In this document: positions 9,165 to 19,634 of the stretch, piece by piece | How the letters are laid out: each line of letters opens with the position of its first letter | Position numbering within the stretch: position 1 is the first letter of the stretch | The notes under the pieces: model-generated | Seen by the model: only the letters and a program-made list of their open reading frames with translations | Databases searched by the model: none | What the model was told of the DNA's origin: nothing | Position numbers and translations under genes: made by a program | Source: a bacterium | GTDB taxonomy: Bacteria > JAJRZV01 | Length of the DNA: 64,000 nt | Assembly: GCA_024275095.1 (NCBI GenBank) | Contig: JAJRZV010000025.1 | Coordinates: forward strand, 599-64,598 | Direction of reading: 5' to 3'

Positions 9165-9176
9165 AGGAGGTTTATA

Positions 9177-10071
9177 ATGTTAAAGATTTTGACTTTGGCG
9201 TTATGTTTACTTGGTGTATATGGAGGTCCGTCTCCATTGAGGAATGTAAAGCTCTCGGCATCAGTCAGAATTGAAACTGCAAACGGATTTTTCATTTACG
9301 AGTACACTGTTTTCAACCCTGTTACCAGTGATGGAGAAATTTGGTCTTTTGATATATATTTACCCTACAACCCTCAAAAAGAAATGCTTCTCTCTAAGCG
9401 AGGATTCACCTATTGTTTTCGTTATCACAAGGACTCATCCCAGGACATTGCCGCTCGCACAAACAATGGTTCCTGTTGGTTTTGATGCGCCAGGGGGGTG
9501 GTCATGTGGACTTGCTATTTACGGTGCAGCTGGTTGGGGTTCTGATGAAAAGCATATGATTAAACCCGGCTCCTCTCTTTCAGGATTTATTCTTCAATCG
9601 TGCGGGCTACCTGCCATAAGAGATGCAGTAATTGAACCTGATGTAAATCTTGAATCTTTTGCCTGAAGAATATACTGAAAATCTTGAGAAGACAAAAGCT
9701 TTATATGAAAAAGTTAAACGGCCAGGCAAGACAGTTGGTCCCAAAGCACCACCGAAGGAGTTTGATCCTGTGGAGTTTCTTTCTTACATAATAGAACTCA
9801 AGCACGAGGCATATGAGCTTGGGTGGATAACCAATGAGGGTATATTGGAAAGTCTTGATAAGAAGCTTGAAAATGCGAGGGGGAAGACAACTCAGGAGAA
9901 GATAAGCCCGGCGATAAACATATTGAGGGCGTTTTTGCATGAGGTGGAAGCGCAGTCGTGCAGGACGTATGAGGAGGGGTGTTTGCCATGGAAACACATA
10001 ATACCTGGGGGTTATGCGTTGATGTATTTTAATGTAATGTGAGGTATCTTGTTGAGAACCTGGGGCAGTGA
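9177..10071 (+). pseudogene. Secreted hypothetical protein broken by about 3 frameshifts
   Basis: Signal peptide ORF 9177, continued in ORFs 9271-9666 and 9650-10042. A 5-bp duplication AATGTAATGT (10031-10040) shifts the end FNVRYLVENLGQ. Confidence 0.6.
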
Positions 10072-10346
10072 AAAAAGTGCTGGTGTCGCCAGAGATGTAA
10101 AAAATGGAGGCGGGGCTGGAAATTATGTGTCTGTCCTCAGAGCTTACCTGTACGAATGATGGCAGGTTCCTGTATTCTACTTCGCCATTCTCATCACTGC
10201 GGTTTGGGGCGAATTGTATTCTCAGGCCTGTTGGGTAATAGTTTATACTCGCACGCACTGGGCAAGATACTTTTGATAAAGAAGAGGTTTGGAAAAGGCG
10301 TATTGCGGCGCAGAAGCAGGCGGGCCCGAAATTTTTATGACGTTTT

Positions 10347-10589
10347 TTACTTTACCACCTGCTGTGAAGTGATGACGATTTCAAATCCGTAAATTTCGAT
10401 GTGATACAAATATTTCTCTGTTTCAACATCCAGGGAAACTCCCTGTTTGCTGAGCAGGTCTTCTGAATCGTAAGTATCGAGAATAACGTCGAGAATTTTT
10501 CTGACCTCCGAGAACTCTAGGTCCAGGTGGGTAATAATGTTGAAGAAATAATCTCTGTGTTTCAGAGGATAAACGTCTATTTCGCTCAT
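10347..10589 (-). CDS. Small acidic hypothetical protein
   Basis: 80 aa, co-oriented at the end of the PilZ operon. Confidence 0.6.
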   Translation of the reverse strand: MSEIDVYPLKHRDYFFNIITHLDLEFSEVRKILDVILDTYDSEDLLSKQGVSLDVETEKYLYHIEIYGFEIVITSQQVVK

Positions 10590-10610
10590 GGTCGCTGCTC
10601 TGGCACCATG

Positions 10611-11294
10611 TCAACGAAACAGGTGCTTGAGTATGTCCTCGATGACATCCCTGATTTCTTCTTCACTGAGCTTGAACTCTATGCCTATGCCCTTGTCGTC
10701 TGCCCCTTTCTTTGTGCCGCTCCACCGGACGGTTCCCTGGAGTTCTCGAGAAAATCCCACTGTTGGCACCTGCACGAGTATCTTCACATCCGTTCCTTCA
10801 GGCCAGAGGCGCGGTGTTTTCACAAAGAGCCCTTTTTTGGAGAAATCCACGAGAAAGTGTTCCTCCAGTTTCTCGTGTCCTTCGGGGTCTTCTACACTCA
10901 CAGCGATCTTGAGCACTGCGCGAGGACCGGCCCGGCGGTCTGAAAGTTTTGCCCGTTATTTTTCAAGGGCTTCGAGGCACCTGGCAATTTTTTCGTCAAA
11001 TTCAGGTTCAGGGTCCAGGAATTCCACGCCCATGCCTGAGGGAATGCCGCAGGATCGGGCGACTTCCTCATCCACGACGTGCACAACGCGGGCGTCCGCC
11101 TCCGCAACTTCACCTGTGAGGGGAAGTGTGATAGCGACGTGTACAATGGTGCCTGGATCTTTGAGTTTTTTCGTTTTGATGAACATCCCACCCTTGGAGA
11201 TGTTTTTACCGTACTCTTCCAGAAATGCCTCCTCGTCCCGAAACCTCACTTTGAAAACCGTCTCGTAGCGTGGATGCGTTCGCCTTTCTACCAT
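10611..11294 (-). CDS. Tandem PilZ-domain protein (TIGR02266-like), interrupted by in-frame TAA at 10956-10958
   Basis: ERRTHPRY...NISKGGMFI and DRRAGPR...DFSKKGLFV. The 39-nt gap between the two ORFs is in frame (ALEK*RAKLSDRRAGPRAVLK). Confidence 0.8.
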
Positions 11295-11295
11295 A

Positions 11296-12039
11296 TCACA
11301 CCCCCTTAAAAAGCCGTTGCCACAGAAAATCGGGCAACCCTGCATCTTTGATTTTTTTCGCTGCAAGGTCTATGTCGTAAAGTACACGCCGAACTTCGTA
11401 GGTTTTGTTGTCCGTGTCGTAGAGTGCATAGGCCGCTCGAGGATCACCGTCGCGGGGCTGTCCGACACTTCCAACGTTGATCACGTACAGTTGGTGTTCG
11501 TTTAACTGGAGATTTTCCGGGAAGGACCGGTCAGGATAGCCCGAGTCATCCTGTGGAGCGCTGAACACAAGCACCTGGTGCGCATGCCCGACGAATGAAG
11601 CCCTGCGCCCTTCCTGTTTGAGCCACGACATGATAAACGATGCACGAATGGGGTCTATAACGTAGTCGAAATTTTCAGGACCGAGGGGTGACCCGTGTGC
11701 AAAGACAACGTTGTTTTCCTCGTGGGTCCACTTCATGCCTCCTAACCAGTCCATGAATTCCTTTGACACGAGCTTTTGCTGGTATTCAATGGCGAAGCGG
11801 GCATTTTCAGAAAACCATTCGAGGTCCGTAATGCCTATCAGTGCAGCATCGTGATTTCCCATGATGCAGACATCTGCAATTTCTCTTACCTTTTCACAGC
11901 ACTCGTTTGGATTGGCACCATAACCCACGACGTCACCGAGAAAAATGATTTTTTCCGGCTCCTGAGTGTTAAGATCCTCCAACACGGCATTAAGAGCCTC
12001 CAGGTTTGCATGAACATCTGAGATAATGGCAACCCTCAT
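11296..12039 (-). CDS. Metallophosphoesterase (calcineurin-like)
   Basis: ISDVHAN, LGDVVGYG, GNHD, HGSP, GHAH, INVGSVGQPRDGDPRA. Confidence 0.92.
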   Translation of the reverse strand: MRVAIISDVHANLEALNAVLEDLNTQEPEKIIFLGDVVGYGANPNECCEKVREIADVCIMGNHDAALIGITDLEWFSENARFAIEYQQKLVSKEFMDWLGGMKWTHEENNVVFAHGSPLGPENFDYVIDPIRASFIMSWLKQEGRRASFVGHAHQVLVFSAPQDDSGYPDRSFPENLQLNEHQLYVINVGSVGQPRDGDPRAAYALYDTDNKTYEVRRVLYDIDLAAKKIKDAGLPDFLWQRLFKGV

Positions 12040-12060
12040 GCTGGTCTGCTCCTCGCTTTG

Positions 12061-12777
12061 TTATGATTTTGAACCATCCATGCGCAAAAAGTACTCGACA
12101 AGCATTTGAACATCGGACGCCTCTTCCTTTTCTTCTTTTTCTTCAGCCTGGGCCTCTGTGGAGGGGATGCCCAGGAATCCCTCTTCGACACTGTAAACCG
12201 TTTCGCCACAGATGACAGATCCGGGCATGACTTCGCACCCTTCAGACTTGAGCTCATTTACAGGCTTTACCTTTCCCAGGTACCCCTTTTCATCGGAACC
12301 CTCCACAATTTCTAAAAACCGGAGTGCTTCTATCAATTTGTAACCTCTTCCCTCTTTTTTGAGAAAGAGTTCTTCCCCTCTAAATTCAGCTCGATCTTCC
12401 TCAATCAATTTCTCAAGCGTGCTCGCTCTGAAAAATACCTTGTTGGATACACCTTTAACAGAAAAAAGCTTGGCGTTTTTAAATACAGTACCTACCACCA
12501 GTGCACCGCGCATGTCCGCATAAGAAAGGTCTGAACCCGTCAGGTCCGCATTTCTCAGGTCAGCATGTCTGAGAACAGCATGGCGAAGATTGGCATTTTT
12601 TATCGATGCTCCTTTCAAATTCGCCTTTTCGAGATTTGCATAGCGAAAATTGGAACCATCCAGTTTTGCTCCAGGCAATTGAACACCTCTCAGGTCACAT
12701 CCGCGGAAATCAGATTCTGAGAGGTTCTCCCCCGCTTTCGCTTTTTCCTGCAGTTCTTTGAGGTTAACTTTCTTCAT
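12061..12777 (-). CDS. Pentapeptide-repeat protein fused to a conserved hypothetical domain
   Basis: A(N/D)Lxx repeats in the first ~110 aa, then a globular domain and acidic tail ending SDVQMLVEYFLR. Confidence 0.8.
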   Translation of the reverse strand: MKKVNLKELQEKAKAGENLSESDFRGCDLRGVQLPGAKLDGSNFRYANLEKANLKGASIKNANLRHAVLRHADLRNADLTGSDLSYADMRGALVVGTVFKNAKLFSVKGVSNKVFFRASTLEKLIEEDRAEFRGEELFLKKEGRGYKLIEALRFLEIVEGSDEKGYLGKVKPVNELKSEGCEVMPGSVICGETVYSVEEGFLGIPSTEAQAEEKEEKEEASDVQMLVEYFLRMDGSKS

Positions 12778-13141
12778 AAGACTTCAACAGCTCATCGAGA
12801 GCTTTTCGTGCTTCCTCAGGAAGAGCCTGAAATTGAATGCCCAGTCCCTGTTTTTCCTTTCCGCTCTCCGTTTCCACCCATACAACCCTGGCGTCGACCT
12901 CAAACATGTCCACACTGGTGGGAAGGGTAAAACGCAGTTTTACAGTTTCTCCTTTTTCCAGTGGTTCAACTGAGAAAGGTATGAACATTCCTCCCGCGCT
13001 GATATCGCCGGAGTGGGCTTCTCCGGATATTTCAAAGTAAGCGTCTTCTACCACGAGATCGAGGGTTCGTGACAATCCTTTTTTATGAATAGAAGTAACA
13101 GTGACCTGTACTGGAATGCGCTTGTATCTCCTGCGTTCCAT
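12764..13141 (-). CDS. PilZ-domain protein
   Basis: ERRRYKR (RxxxR) and DISAGGMFI (DxSxxG). Confidence 0.88.
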   Translation of the reverse strand: MERRRYKRIPVQVTVTSIHKKGLSRTLDLVVEDAYFEISGEAHSGDISAGGMFIPFSVEPLEKGETVKLRFTLPTSVDMFEVDARVVWVETESGKEKQGLGIQFQALPEEARKALDELLKSYEES

Positions 13142-13242
13142 AAATTGCCCCAATCTTTAATAAAAATCATTATAATACTTCCATCCAGCCTGTGCATCTT
13201 TTCTCCTGAAAATTCCATTTCAAGCGTCCTTTGAAGCTGAAA

Positions 13243-14715
13243 TCACAGTGGAAACAGGATGTAAGTAATAAAAATTCCTGATAAGACAGAAGTGCTCCAT
13301 GAGGCTCGAAGAGATTTTAAAATAAGCAGGGCTGCTATTCCTGTGAACAGAGGATTTAAATGAACGGCAAATGACATGTCAGGTAGAATTTCGATTATAT
13401 ATTTTATCACCACGGTCACTGTTCCGATTATCGCATCAGCAAACTGGAGCAAAATATGACCTGGAAGATTTGAGCCTCCCATTGCGTTACCTGCCATGGC
13501 AACAGGAATTGCTGCTGTAAAGAAAGGGAGAGCCACAATGTTGGTGATCATGCCTGTGAAGTTAACTCGATTGAAGTGGTAGGCAGTAAAAGGGATGGTG
13601 AAAAGTATTGCGAAAGCGGAGACACCTGTAAGAGTGAAAATGCGTGAGAGTACCCCGGCCTTCTTGAGAATGTGCAGGCGTTTTTTCAGGTTGAAGAAAC
13701 AGATAATTCCTGCAAAAGCAGCAAAAGAGAGTTGAAAGGAAACCGAGTAGAGTTCCATTGGGTGAAACGCAAGTATCAAAAGCCCTGCTAAAGCCAGGAC
13801 TTCCAGTGTGTTCACGGGTATGGCCACAAGCTCAGCGGTTATGAACACCAGGAGCAGGATAAATGCACGTGTGGCTGATACCGGATATCCAGTGCCGGCG
13901 AGATAAGCAGCACACACGAAAAGCGATAGCAGTGAAGCTCCGTAGAGGAGGTTTCGATTGGTGATGCTTTTTTGACGCGAGAGTCGCATGAAGAGGATGC
14001 CTGTCAACGCGAACACATACCGACATGCCAGGTAAAGCACGTACATATGAAAGCCTGATATGGCAAGTATGTGCGCGATACCAGCACGCCGGTAAAGTTC
14101 TCCGGTGCTCTTGTCTATTGCCCATCGTTCGCCTCGTATAATAGCCCGAATAATACCCGGGTGACGAAGTGTGCCTGAAAAAAAAGACGAGGTAGAAGTC
14201 GGTCCCGACGTTTCAATAAGGTGTGAATTTTTACATCGGAACCTGTAGCCACTGGCAGCCAGATACGCCTGAAATCCTTTATCTTCAATTTTCAGTAATT
14301 TGAGGCTGCATTGAATAATTGAGAGGGAAGCAAGGGGTTTTCTGCTCTCTACCAGGAGATTTCCTTCGCCAGGAATTTTCAGCCCTTCTGATACAACCCA
14401 CCAGTTCCCTTCACGAACCCGGTAATATTTGCGGCCAAGATGCCTGCCCTCCATGGCCAGCACTATGGTGCGTGATTGCTTGTGCAGAGGATGTTTTGAC
14501 TGCATTTGCATGTTTACATACCCGTTGATGTATCCGAAACACCAGACAAGCATGAAAAACAGCAATTCGGAAACTTTCCTGTTTCCCAGATGTGTTGACA
14601 GAACAACGCCTGTTATTGCGGTGACAGGAGACCCGCGTGAGGCGAGCAAACCCGTTATGTATGCCAGAAAGGAAAAGAAATACCGCCTGGAATGAAAGGC
14701 ATCGCTGTCGTGCAA
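13243..14715 (-). CDS. comEC: ComEC/Rec2 competence protein (no MBL domain)
   Basis: GIAHILAISGFH, VSATRA, SVSFQLSFAA. Multi-TM. Confidence 0.85.
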   Translation of the reverse strand: MHDSDAFHSRRYFFSFLAYITGLLASRGSPVTAITGVVLSTHLGNRKVSELLFFMLVWCFGYINGYVNMQMQSKHPLHKQSRTIVLAMEGRHLGRKYYRVREGNWWVVSEGLKIPGEGNLLVESRKPLASLSIIQCSLKLLKIEDKGFQAYLAASGYRFRCKNSHLIETSGPTSTSSFFSGTLRHPGIIRAIIRGERWAIDKSTGELYRRAGIAHILAISGFHMYVLYLACRYVFALTGILFMRLSRQKSITNRNLLYGASLLSLFVCAAYLAGTGYPVSATRAFILLLVFITAELVAIPVNTLEVLALAGLLILAFHPMELYSVSFQLSFAAFAGIICFFNLKKRLHILKKAGVLSRIFTLTGVSAFAILFTIPFTAYHFNRVNFTGMITNIVALPFFTAAIPVAMAGNAMGGSNLPGHILLQFADAIIGTVTVVIKYIIEILPDMSFAVHLNPLFTGIAALLILKSLRASWSTSVLSGIFITYILFPL

Positions 14716-14724
14716 TTTTGTGTA

Positions 14725-16002
14725 TTAATGAATTTGGGCAGATTTGCTCCCTGTCTGCAGGGTTTTTGCGAAAACACCCCAGGCTTTGATAAGTTCGTAG
14801 GCCTTTTCGACCACCCTGTCTTTCCTCACGCGTTCTTCGAAACTCATTTTCATGAAGTCCTCGATACTCATGCGACTGTTTTCATCAGGTCGTGCTTCAA
14901 TATCGGGCTTGATGCCTTTTCCGTGAATGAGTTCTCCTGAGGGTGTGTAGTAATAGGCTGTGGTAAGTCGTACCGCAGCACCGTCTTCAAGCGGAAATAT
15001 TGTCTGGACAGATGCTTTGCCAAAGGTTTTTTCTCCCATAATAAGTGCCCTGTGATTATCGCGCAGTGCTCCAGCCACAATTTCGGAAGCGCTGGCGCTG
15101 CCTCGATTGACCAGAACAATCAAGGGAAAATCTCCTTCAAATCCGTCGTCTCGGGCTTCGAAAACGTTTTTCACACCCTCCCTGTCTTTGGTATAGACGA
15201 TGGTACCCTCACGTAAAAAGTCGTCGGCCACACGAATCGCCTCTTCCAGCAACCCTCCTAGATTGTTGCGCAGGTCAAGAATAACGCCCGCTATCTTTCC
15301 GTTGTTTGTGCTGTTTAGTAATTTATGTTTTTTAAGAATATTGAGTATTTCACGAGCAGCGTTTTCCTGAAATTGTTTAAGGCGAATGTATAACACGTCA
15401 TCGAGTTGAACGCTTTTTGTCGCCTTGATGTGGATGATGTCCCGGACAATTTCCACCTTAAACGGCTTGGACTTTCCCTCCCTCATAATTGTGAGAACGA
15501 CCTTGGTACCCTTTGGACCCCGCATGAGTTTCACTGCTTCCGATAGCGTCATATCTTTGGTGGATTTACCGTCAATTTCCACAATCATATCTCCTGCTTG
15601 AATACCCGCACGATAAGCGGGAGTGTCTTCTATGGGTGCCACGACGGTGAGAATTCCGTTGTGAATGGTGATTTCTATGCCCAGGCCGCCGTATTGACCC
15701 TTGGTTTCAATTTGCATTTCTTTGAACTCGTCTTTGCTCAAATAAGAGGAATAGGGGTCCAGACTCATGAGCATGCCCCGGATGGCCCCTTCTATGAGAG
15801 TATCTTCGTTTTTTTCTTCTACGTAGTTTTCTCGTATAATTTTCATTACTCGGGTAAACTTTTTTAGCTCCGCATATACTTCACTGTGATCTTCTTCCAC
15901 CCGCGCGAGAAGGGTAATATTAGCAATTATGAACCCTGTCAGCACTGCTGCAACAAGAGAATAAAAAATAATTTTTGCTTTCTTTTTTGTTTGTTCTTTC
16001 AT
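14725..16002 (-). CDS. ctpA: C-terminal processing protease (S41)
   Basis: LDPYSSY, PDZ GGLGIEI, DLRNN.GG, SASASEIVAGAL, TFGKASVQ. Confidence 0.93.
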   Translation of the reverse strand: MKEQTKKKAKIIFYSLVAAVLTGFIIANITLLARVEEDHSEVYAELKKFTRVMKIIRENYVEEKNEDTLIEGAIRGMLMSLDPYSSYLSKDEFKEMQIETKGQYGGLGIEITIHNGILTVVAPIEDTPAYRAGIQAGDMIVEIDGKSTKDMTLSEAVKLMRGPKGTKVVLTIMREGKSKPFKVEIVRDIIHIKATKSVQLDDVLYIRLKQFQENAAREILNILKKHKLLNSTNNGKIAGVILDLRNNLGGLLEEAIRVADDFLREGTIVYTKDREGVKNVFEARDDGFEGDFPLIVLVNRGSASASEIVAGALRDNHRALIMGEKTFGKASVQTIFPLEDGAAVRLTTAYYYTPSGELIHGKGIKPDIEARPDENSRMSIEDFMKMSFEERVRKDRVVEKAYELIKAWGVFAKTLQTGSKSAQIH

Positions 16003-16112
16003 TTTGTTATCACCTGTAAAAATATTTATTCTCAAAATCATTTTATCTCTCAGCAAGAACTTTTGCAATGAAAGGAAGGGCGTAAGTTGCCCTTTTAATC
16101 TCAATTTTTGCC

Positions 16113-17150
16113 TTAGCGCGTTTGATTCAGGTGCCTGAGTACTTCTTCTACGGGCAGGGGTGTTTCACCCCTTCGGACCTCGAAGTACAGGGCATCCTCT
16201 GCAATAATACCGGTTGCTCCAATACGGCCGATCACATCCCCTGGCTCCACTTTTGTGCCTGTGTCCACATTTACTTCATCGAGATGTGCGTATATATAGT
16301 TATACCCGTCTTTTCCGAGCACGATCACCACATTTCCCAGACCTCTGAGCCAGCCTGTGAAGGCAACCTCACCAGGTGCCGAGGAAAGTGCACGGGCTCC
16401 GTTTTTTAAAGAATAAAAGATAAGTCCGCGCCCCTTTCGTTCTACTCGAGAGATTCCTCCTTCCACAGGAGAATGCCACACGGAACCCTTTGACTTTGAA
16501 ATCGGGCTCTTTTTCCTTATCAGGGGAATTTTTTGTGTGTGGACGTATGCATCGGTGTGTTTGGCCAGTTCATATGCGCGGATTCGCCGGGCCTCCGCCC
16601 TTTTTTCCTTTTTCAGCTCTTCGAGATTTTCAAGGAGTCTTAACAATTTTTCTTTGCGCTTGAGAGCCCGAGCCTGAAGGTTTTTTAACCTCCGGGAGGC
16701 CCGGGCGACCCTTTCGGCTTCCTGCTTGAGACGAGACAATTTTTCGGCGGCAAGGGCATGCAAAGAACTCAGAATTTTTACTTTTATCCGCGCTTCGTTG
16801 ATGTCCATAACGCCTGTGAAAGCCGCAGCTCGCAGAAAATTAAGGCGCTGAGACCCTGAGATTAAAAGGGGAATGTACACTTCCGCCGCGTTTTTAAGTT
16901 GTTTGTGGGCTTGTTTCACCTGCTCCAAACGTTCGCGTGCCCTTTTTTCTTGTTGTTTAAGTTCTTCGATGTGTTTTTCGACGAGACGTACTTCTTCCTT
17001 TATCTGAACGATGCGTTTGTTGAGCTGATCTATACTTTTCAAAAGACGGTTTAACGTGTTTTTTGGAGAGGCAGGTGCTGATCCGGGAGGAGACAGGATT
17101 GTTATGAGCGTCCCGATTATCAGAAGCGTCGTGCCACCTCTTCCGTTCAC
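16113..17150 (-). CDS. envC: EnvC-like murein hydrolase activator (coiled coil + M23)
   Basis: Signal, long coiled coil, YAHL...LYFEVR. Downstream of ftsEX. Confidence 0.8.
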   Translation of the reverse strand: MNGRGGTTLLIIGTLITILSPPGSAPASPKNTLNRLLKSIDQLNKRIVQIKEEVRLVEKHIEELKQQEKRARERLEQVKQAHKQLKNAAEVYIPLLISGSQRLNFLRAAAFTGVMDINEARIKVKILSSLHALAAEKLSRLKQEAERVARASRRLKNLQARALKRKEKLLRLLENLEELKKEKRAEARRIRAYELAKHTDAYVHTQKIPLIRKKSPISKSKGSVWHSPVEGGISRVERKGRGLIFYSLKNGARALSSAPGEVAFTGWLRGLGNVVIVLGKDGYNYIYAHLDEVNVDTGTKVEPGDVIGRIGATGIIAEDALYFEVRRGETPLPVEEVLRHLNQTR

Positions 17151-18004
17151 AGCATGCGCCTCAAGGTGTAGTATCCCGAGACAGCAGCAGCTCCTGTCCC
17201 TGCCAGAACAAGATATGTGTAAAATCGGAAAGGGATGCTTTTGACGCTGAGGAGCCCTCCGCCTCCGCTCGAGAATACCCCGGAACCAATGACCAGCACA
17301 TCGAAAAGATATAACCCCAGGGTGATGAACAAAAAGGTGGTATATGTGTACTTGAGGGTATACGGGAATGCAATGTACCGTCCGGTTGCTCCCACGAGTT
17401 TAAGAACTTCTATTTCCTGCTGCTGCATGAGAATGTTGGACCGAACACCGCCGGCGACGATGATAATGATGCCCACCACGAAAAGAACTGTGGTGGTGAA
17501 GGAAAGCGCCTGAATGACTCGAAGAACAGTGCCAAGGGAACGACGAACTTCTATACCGTAATCCACGTAAACGGGCTGAAAAGTGTGGTTCACAATTTTT
17601 TTGAATTGTTCGGATACTTCTTTTTCGGGTTCGAGGGTAATAGATATTACCTGCGGGATGTTCACCCCTGCTTCTCGAAATACTCTCAGCGCTTCTTTCC
17701 CCATTTCTTTCTGCAGGATTGTTTCACCGGGGATCACTTTTATGTCTTCGATCTCGGGGAGCTGAGAAAGAGTTTTTAACTGCTGGGAGGAAGGTTTTTC
17801 GTGAGTATAGACGAGAACGCTTATTCCCTTTTTTGAGGCTTGGAGAGATTCTTCAAAATTCACCAGAAAGAACATCACCATGGCCGCCGTTCCGGCAAGA
17901 ACCATCACAGTAATTGAATTGAGAAAATCAGAAAATATGGTTGCACGGTGAGCCTGGTACAGTGTTCGCCATACATAAGTGAGAAATGCGTAAAATCGTT
18001 TCAT
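17147..18004 (-). CDS. ftsX: Cell division permease FtsX
   Basis: EIEVLKLVGAT..YIAFP, 4 TM, follows ftsE. Confidence 0.85.
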   Translation of the reverse strand: MKRFYAFLTYVWRTLYQAHRATIFSDFLNSITVMVLAGTAAMVMFFLVNFEESLQASKKGISVLVYTHEKPSSQQLKTLSQLPEIEDIKVIPGETILQKEMGKEALRVFREAGVNIPQVISITLEPEKEVSEQFKKIVNHTFQPVYVDYGIEVRRSLGTVLRVIQALSFTTTVLFVVGIIIIVAGGVRSNILMQQQEIEVLKLVGATGRYIAFPYTLKYTYTTFLFITLGLYLFDVLVIGSGVFSSGGGGLLSVKSIPFRFYTYLVLAGTGAAAVSGYYTLRRML

Positions 18005-18657
18005 TTTTCCACGACCATACCACGGTGAAGTTTTATGACCCGTCGGGGAAATTCCTTGATGAGTGATAGATCGTGTGTGGCGAAAACCACCGTTGTTCCC
18101 CGGGCATTCACTTCTTCGAATACGTGGAGTATTTCTTTGCTGAGATCAGGATCGAGGTTTCCCGTTGGTTCATCTGCAAGAAGAATAAGTGGATCTTTCA
18201 CGATAGCCCGTGCAATGGCCACACGCTGTTGCTCCCCGCCTGAGAGACGGACGACGGGGGTATTGCGTTTTACGTCAAGGTCGAGGAGCTTCAACACCCG
18301 TGATACCCGTCTTCGAACCTCCCATTCGTCTATAAATGCAACCCGCAGGGCAATGGCCACGTTATCGTAAACAGACCACTGGTCCACAAGGCGAAAATCC
18401 TGAAACACAAATCCCATCTCCCGACGCAAATAGGGTATGGAGGATTGACGCAGGCGATTGATATTTCTTCCTGCAATAAGAATCTGGCCATTGGTGGGTC
18501 TTTCCTCCATAAAGATGAGCTTGAGTAGAGTGGTTTTGCCGGCACCGCTTGCCCCGGTGACAAAAACGAACTCGCCCTTTTCTATTTCAAAGGTAATGTC
18601 TCTGAGAGCAAAATCTTCGCCGGTATAGGATTTGAAAACGTGAAAGAATTGAATCAT
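18001..18657 (-). CDS. ftsE: Cell division ATP-binding protein FtsE
   Basis: [48 protein letters not shown]. Confidence 0.95.
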   Translation of the reverse strand: MIQFFHVFKSYTGEDFALRDITFEIEKGEFVFVTGASGAGKTTLLKLIFMEERPTNGQILIAGRNINRLRQSSIPYLRREMGFVFQDFRLVDQWSVYDNVAIALRVAFIDEWEVRRRVSRVLKLLDLDVKRNTPVVRLSGGEQQRVAIARAIVKDPLILLADEPTGNLDPDLSKEILHVFEEVNARGTTVVFATHDLSLIKEFPRRVIKLHRGMVVEK

Positions 18658-19634
18658 GTTTGTTTGAGAAATGCTTCCACAGCAGAGGCGATGCCGTTTG
18701 CATCCAGGCCAAAATAAGAGAGCAGTGCGTTGGCACTACCTGAGAGACCGAAGCGGTCTCTTATGCCTAATCTGAGTAGAGGAACAGGGTGGTTTTCTAC
18801 GAGGATTTCTGCCACCGCACTTCCCAGTCCTCCAATGATTTGGTGCTCTTCCACGGTAACTGCCCGACCAGTGCGTTTAACAGGCCTGACCACATCTTCT
18901 ACATTGAGGGGTTTGATTGTGGAGGCATTGATTATTTCGGCTTCGATGCCTTTTTCTCTCAAAATGTCACGAGCCATGAGACTCTGGTACACCATGTATC
19001 CACATGCAAATATGCTCACATCTTTTCCCGGTGCAATGACCTGTGCCCGCGAGTACTGGTACCGATAGTGGCTCTCATCGAGAATGATGGGGAACTTATT
19101 GCGCGAGAGCCTTACGTAAACAGGATGGTTGTAGTCAACAATGAATTCAATTACCTGTAAAACTTCTACAGGGTCTGCAGGTACGATGACGCTCATGCCG
19201 GGGATGGCCCTCATAAGGGCAATGTCCTCTGTTGCCTGGTGCGTGGCACCATCTTCACCCACAGTAATTCCACCGTGGGTGGCCACAATACGTACGGGAA
19301 AGTCTCCGTAAGCGATGGACTGTCGTATCTGTTCCCATGCACGTCCTGTGGCAAAGATTGCAAAGGTGCTGACGAACACCCTTTTCCCGTAGGCGGCAAG
19401 CCCTGATGCGATCCCCATTAAATTCTGTTCTGCCACCCCGACGTTAAAGAAGCGTTCCGGAAACCGGGATGCGAAAACGCTGGTTTTGGTTGATGCGGAC
19501 AAGTCTGCATCGAGTACAACGATGTCGTTGTAGCGTTCTCCCAGCTTGACGAGCATTTCTCCGTAGCGTTGTCTCATGTATTCAAACTTCAATTCTGAAG
19601 CGGGAGGTACCCGTTCAAATCTGGTCAGTCCCAT
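18654..19634 (-). CDS. Transketolase C-terminal subunit
   Basis: LDADLSAST, FFNVGVAEQN, GEDGATHQ, VEEHQIIGGLG. Confidence 0.92.
   Translation of the reverse strand: MGLTRFERVPPASELKFEYMRQRYGEMLVKLGERYNDIVVLDADLSASTKTSVFASRFPERFFNVGVAEQNLMGIASGLAAYGKRVFVSTFAIFATGRAWEQIRQSIAYGDFPVRIVATHGGITVGEDGATHQATEDIALMRAIPGMSVIVPADPVEVLQVIEFIVDYNHPVYVRLSRNKFPIILDESHYRYQYSRAQVIAPGKDVSIFACGYMVYQSLMARDILREKGIEAEIINASTIKPLNVEDVVRPVKRTGRAVTVEEHQIIGGLGSAVAEILVENHPVPLLRLGIRDRFGLSGSANALLSYFGLDANGIASAVEAFLKQT

Noticed and set aside
10105-10124. TGGAGGCGGGGCTGGAAATT as a reversed tRNA 3' end/att site
   Set aside because: No T-loop consensus and no partner repeat in the window. Too weak.
12480-12730. 15-bp periodicity
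   Set aside because: Coding pentapeptide repeats.
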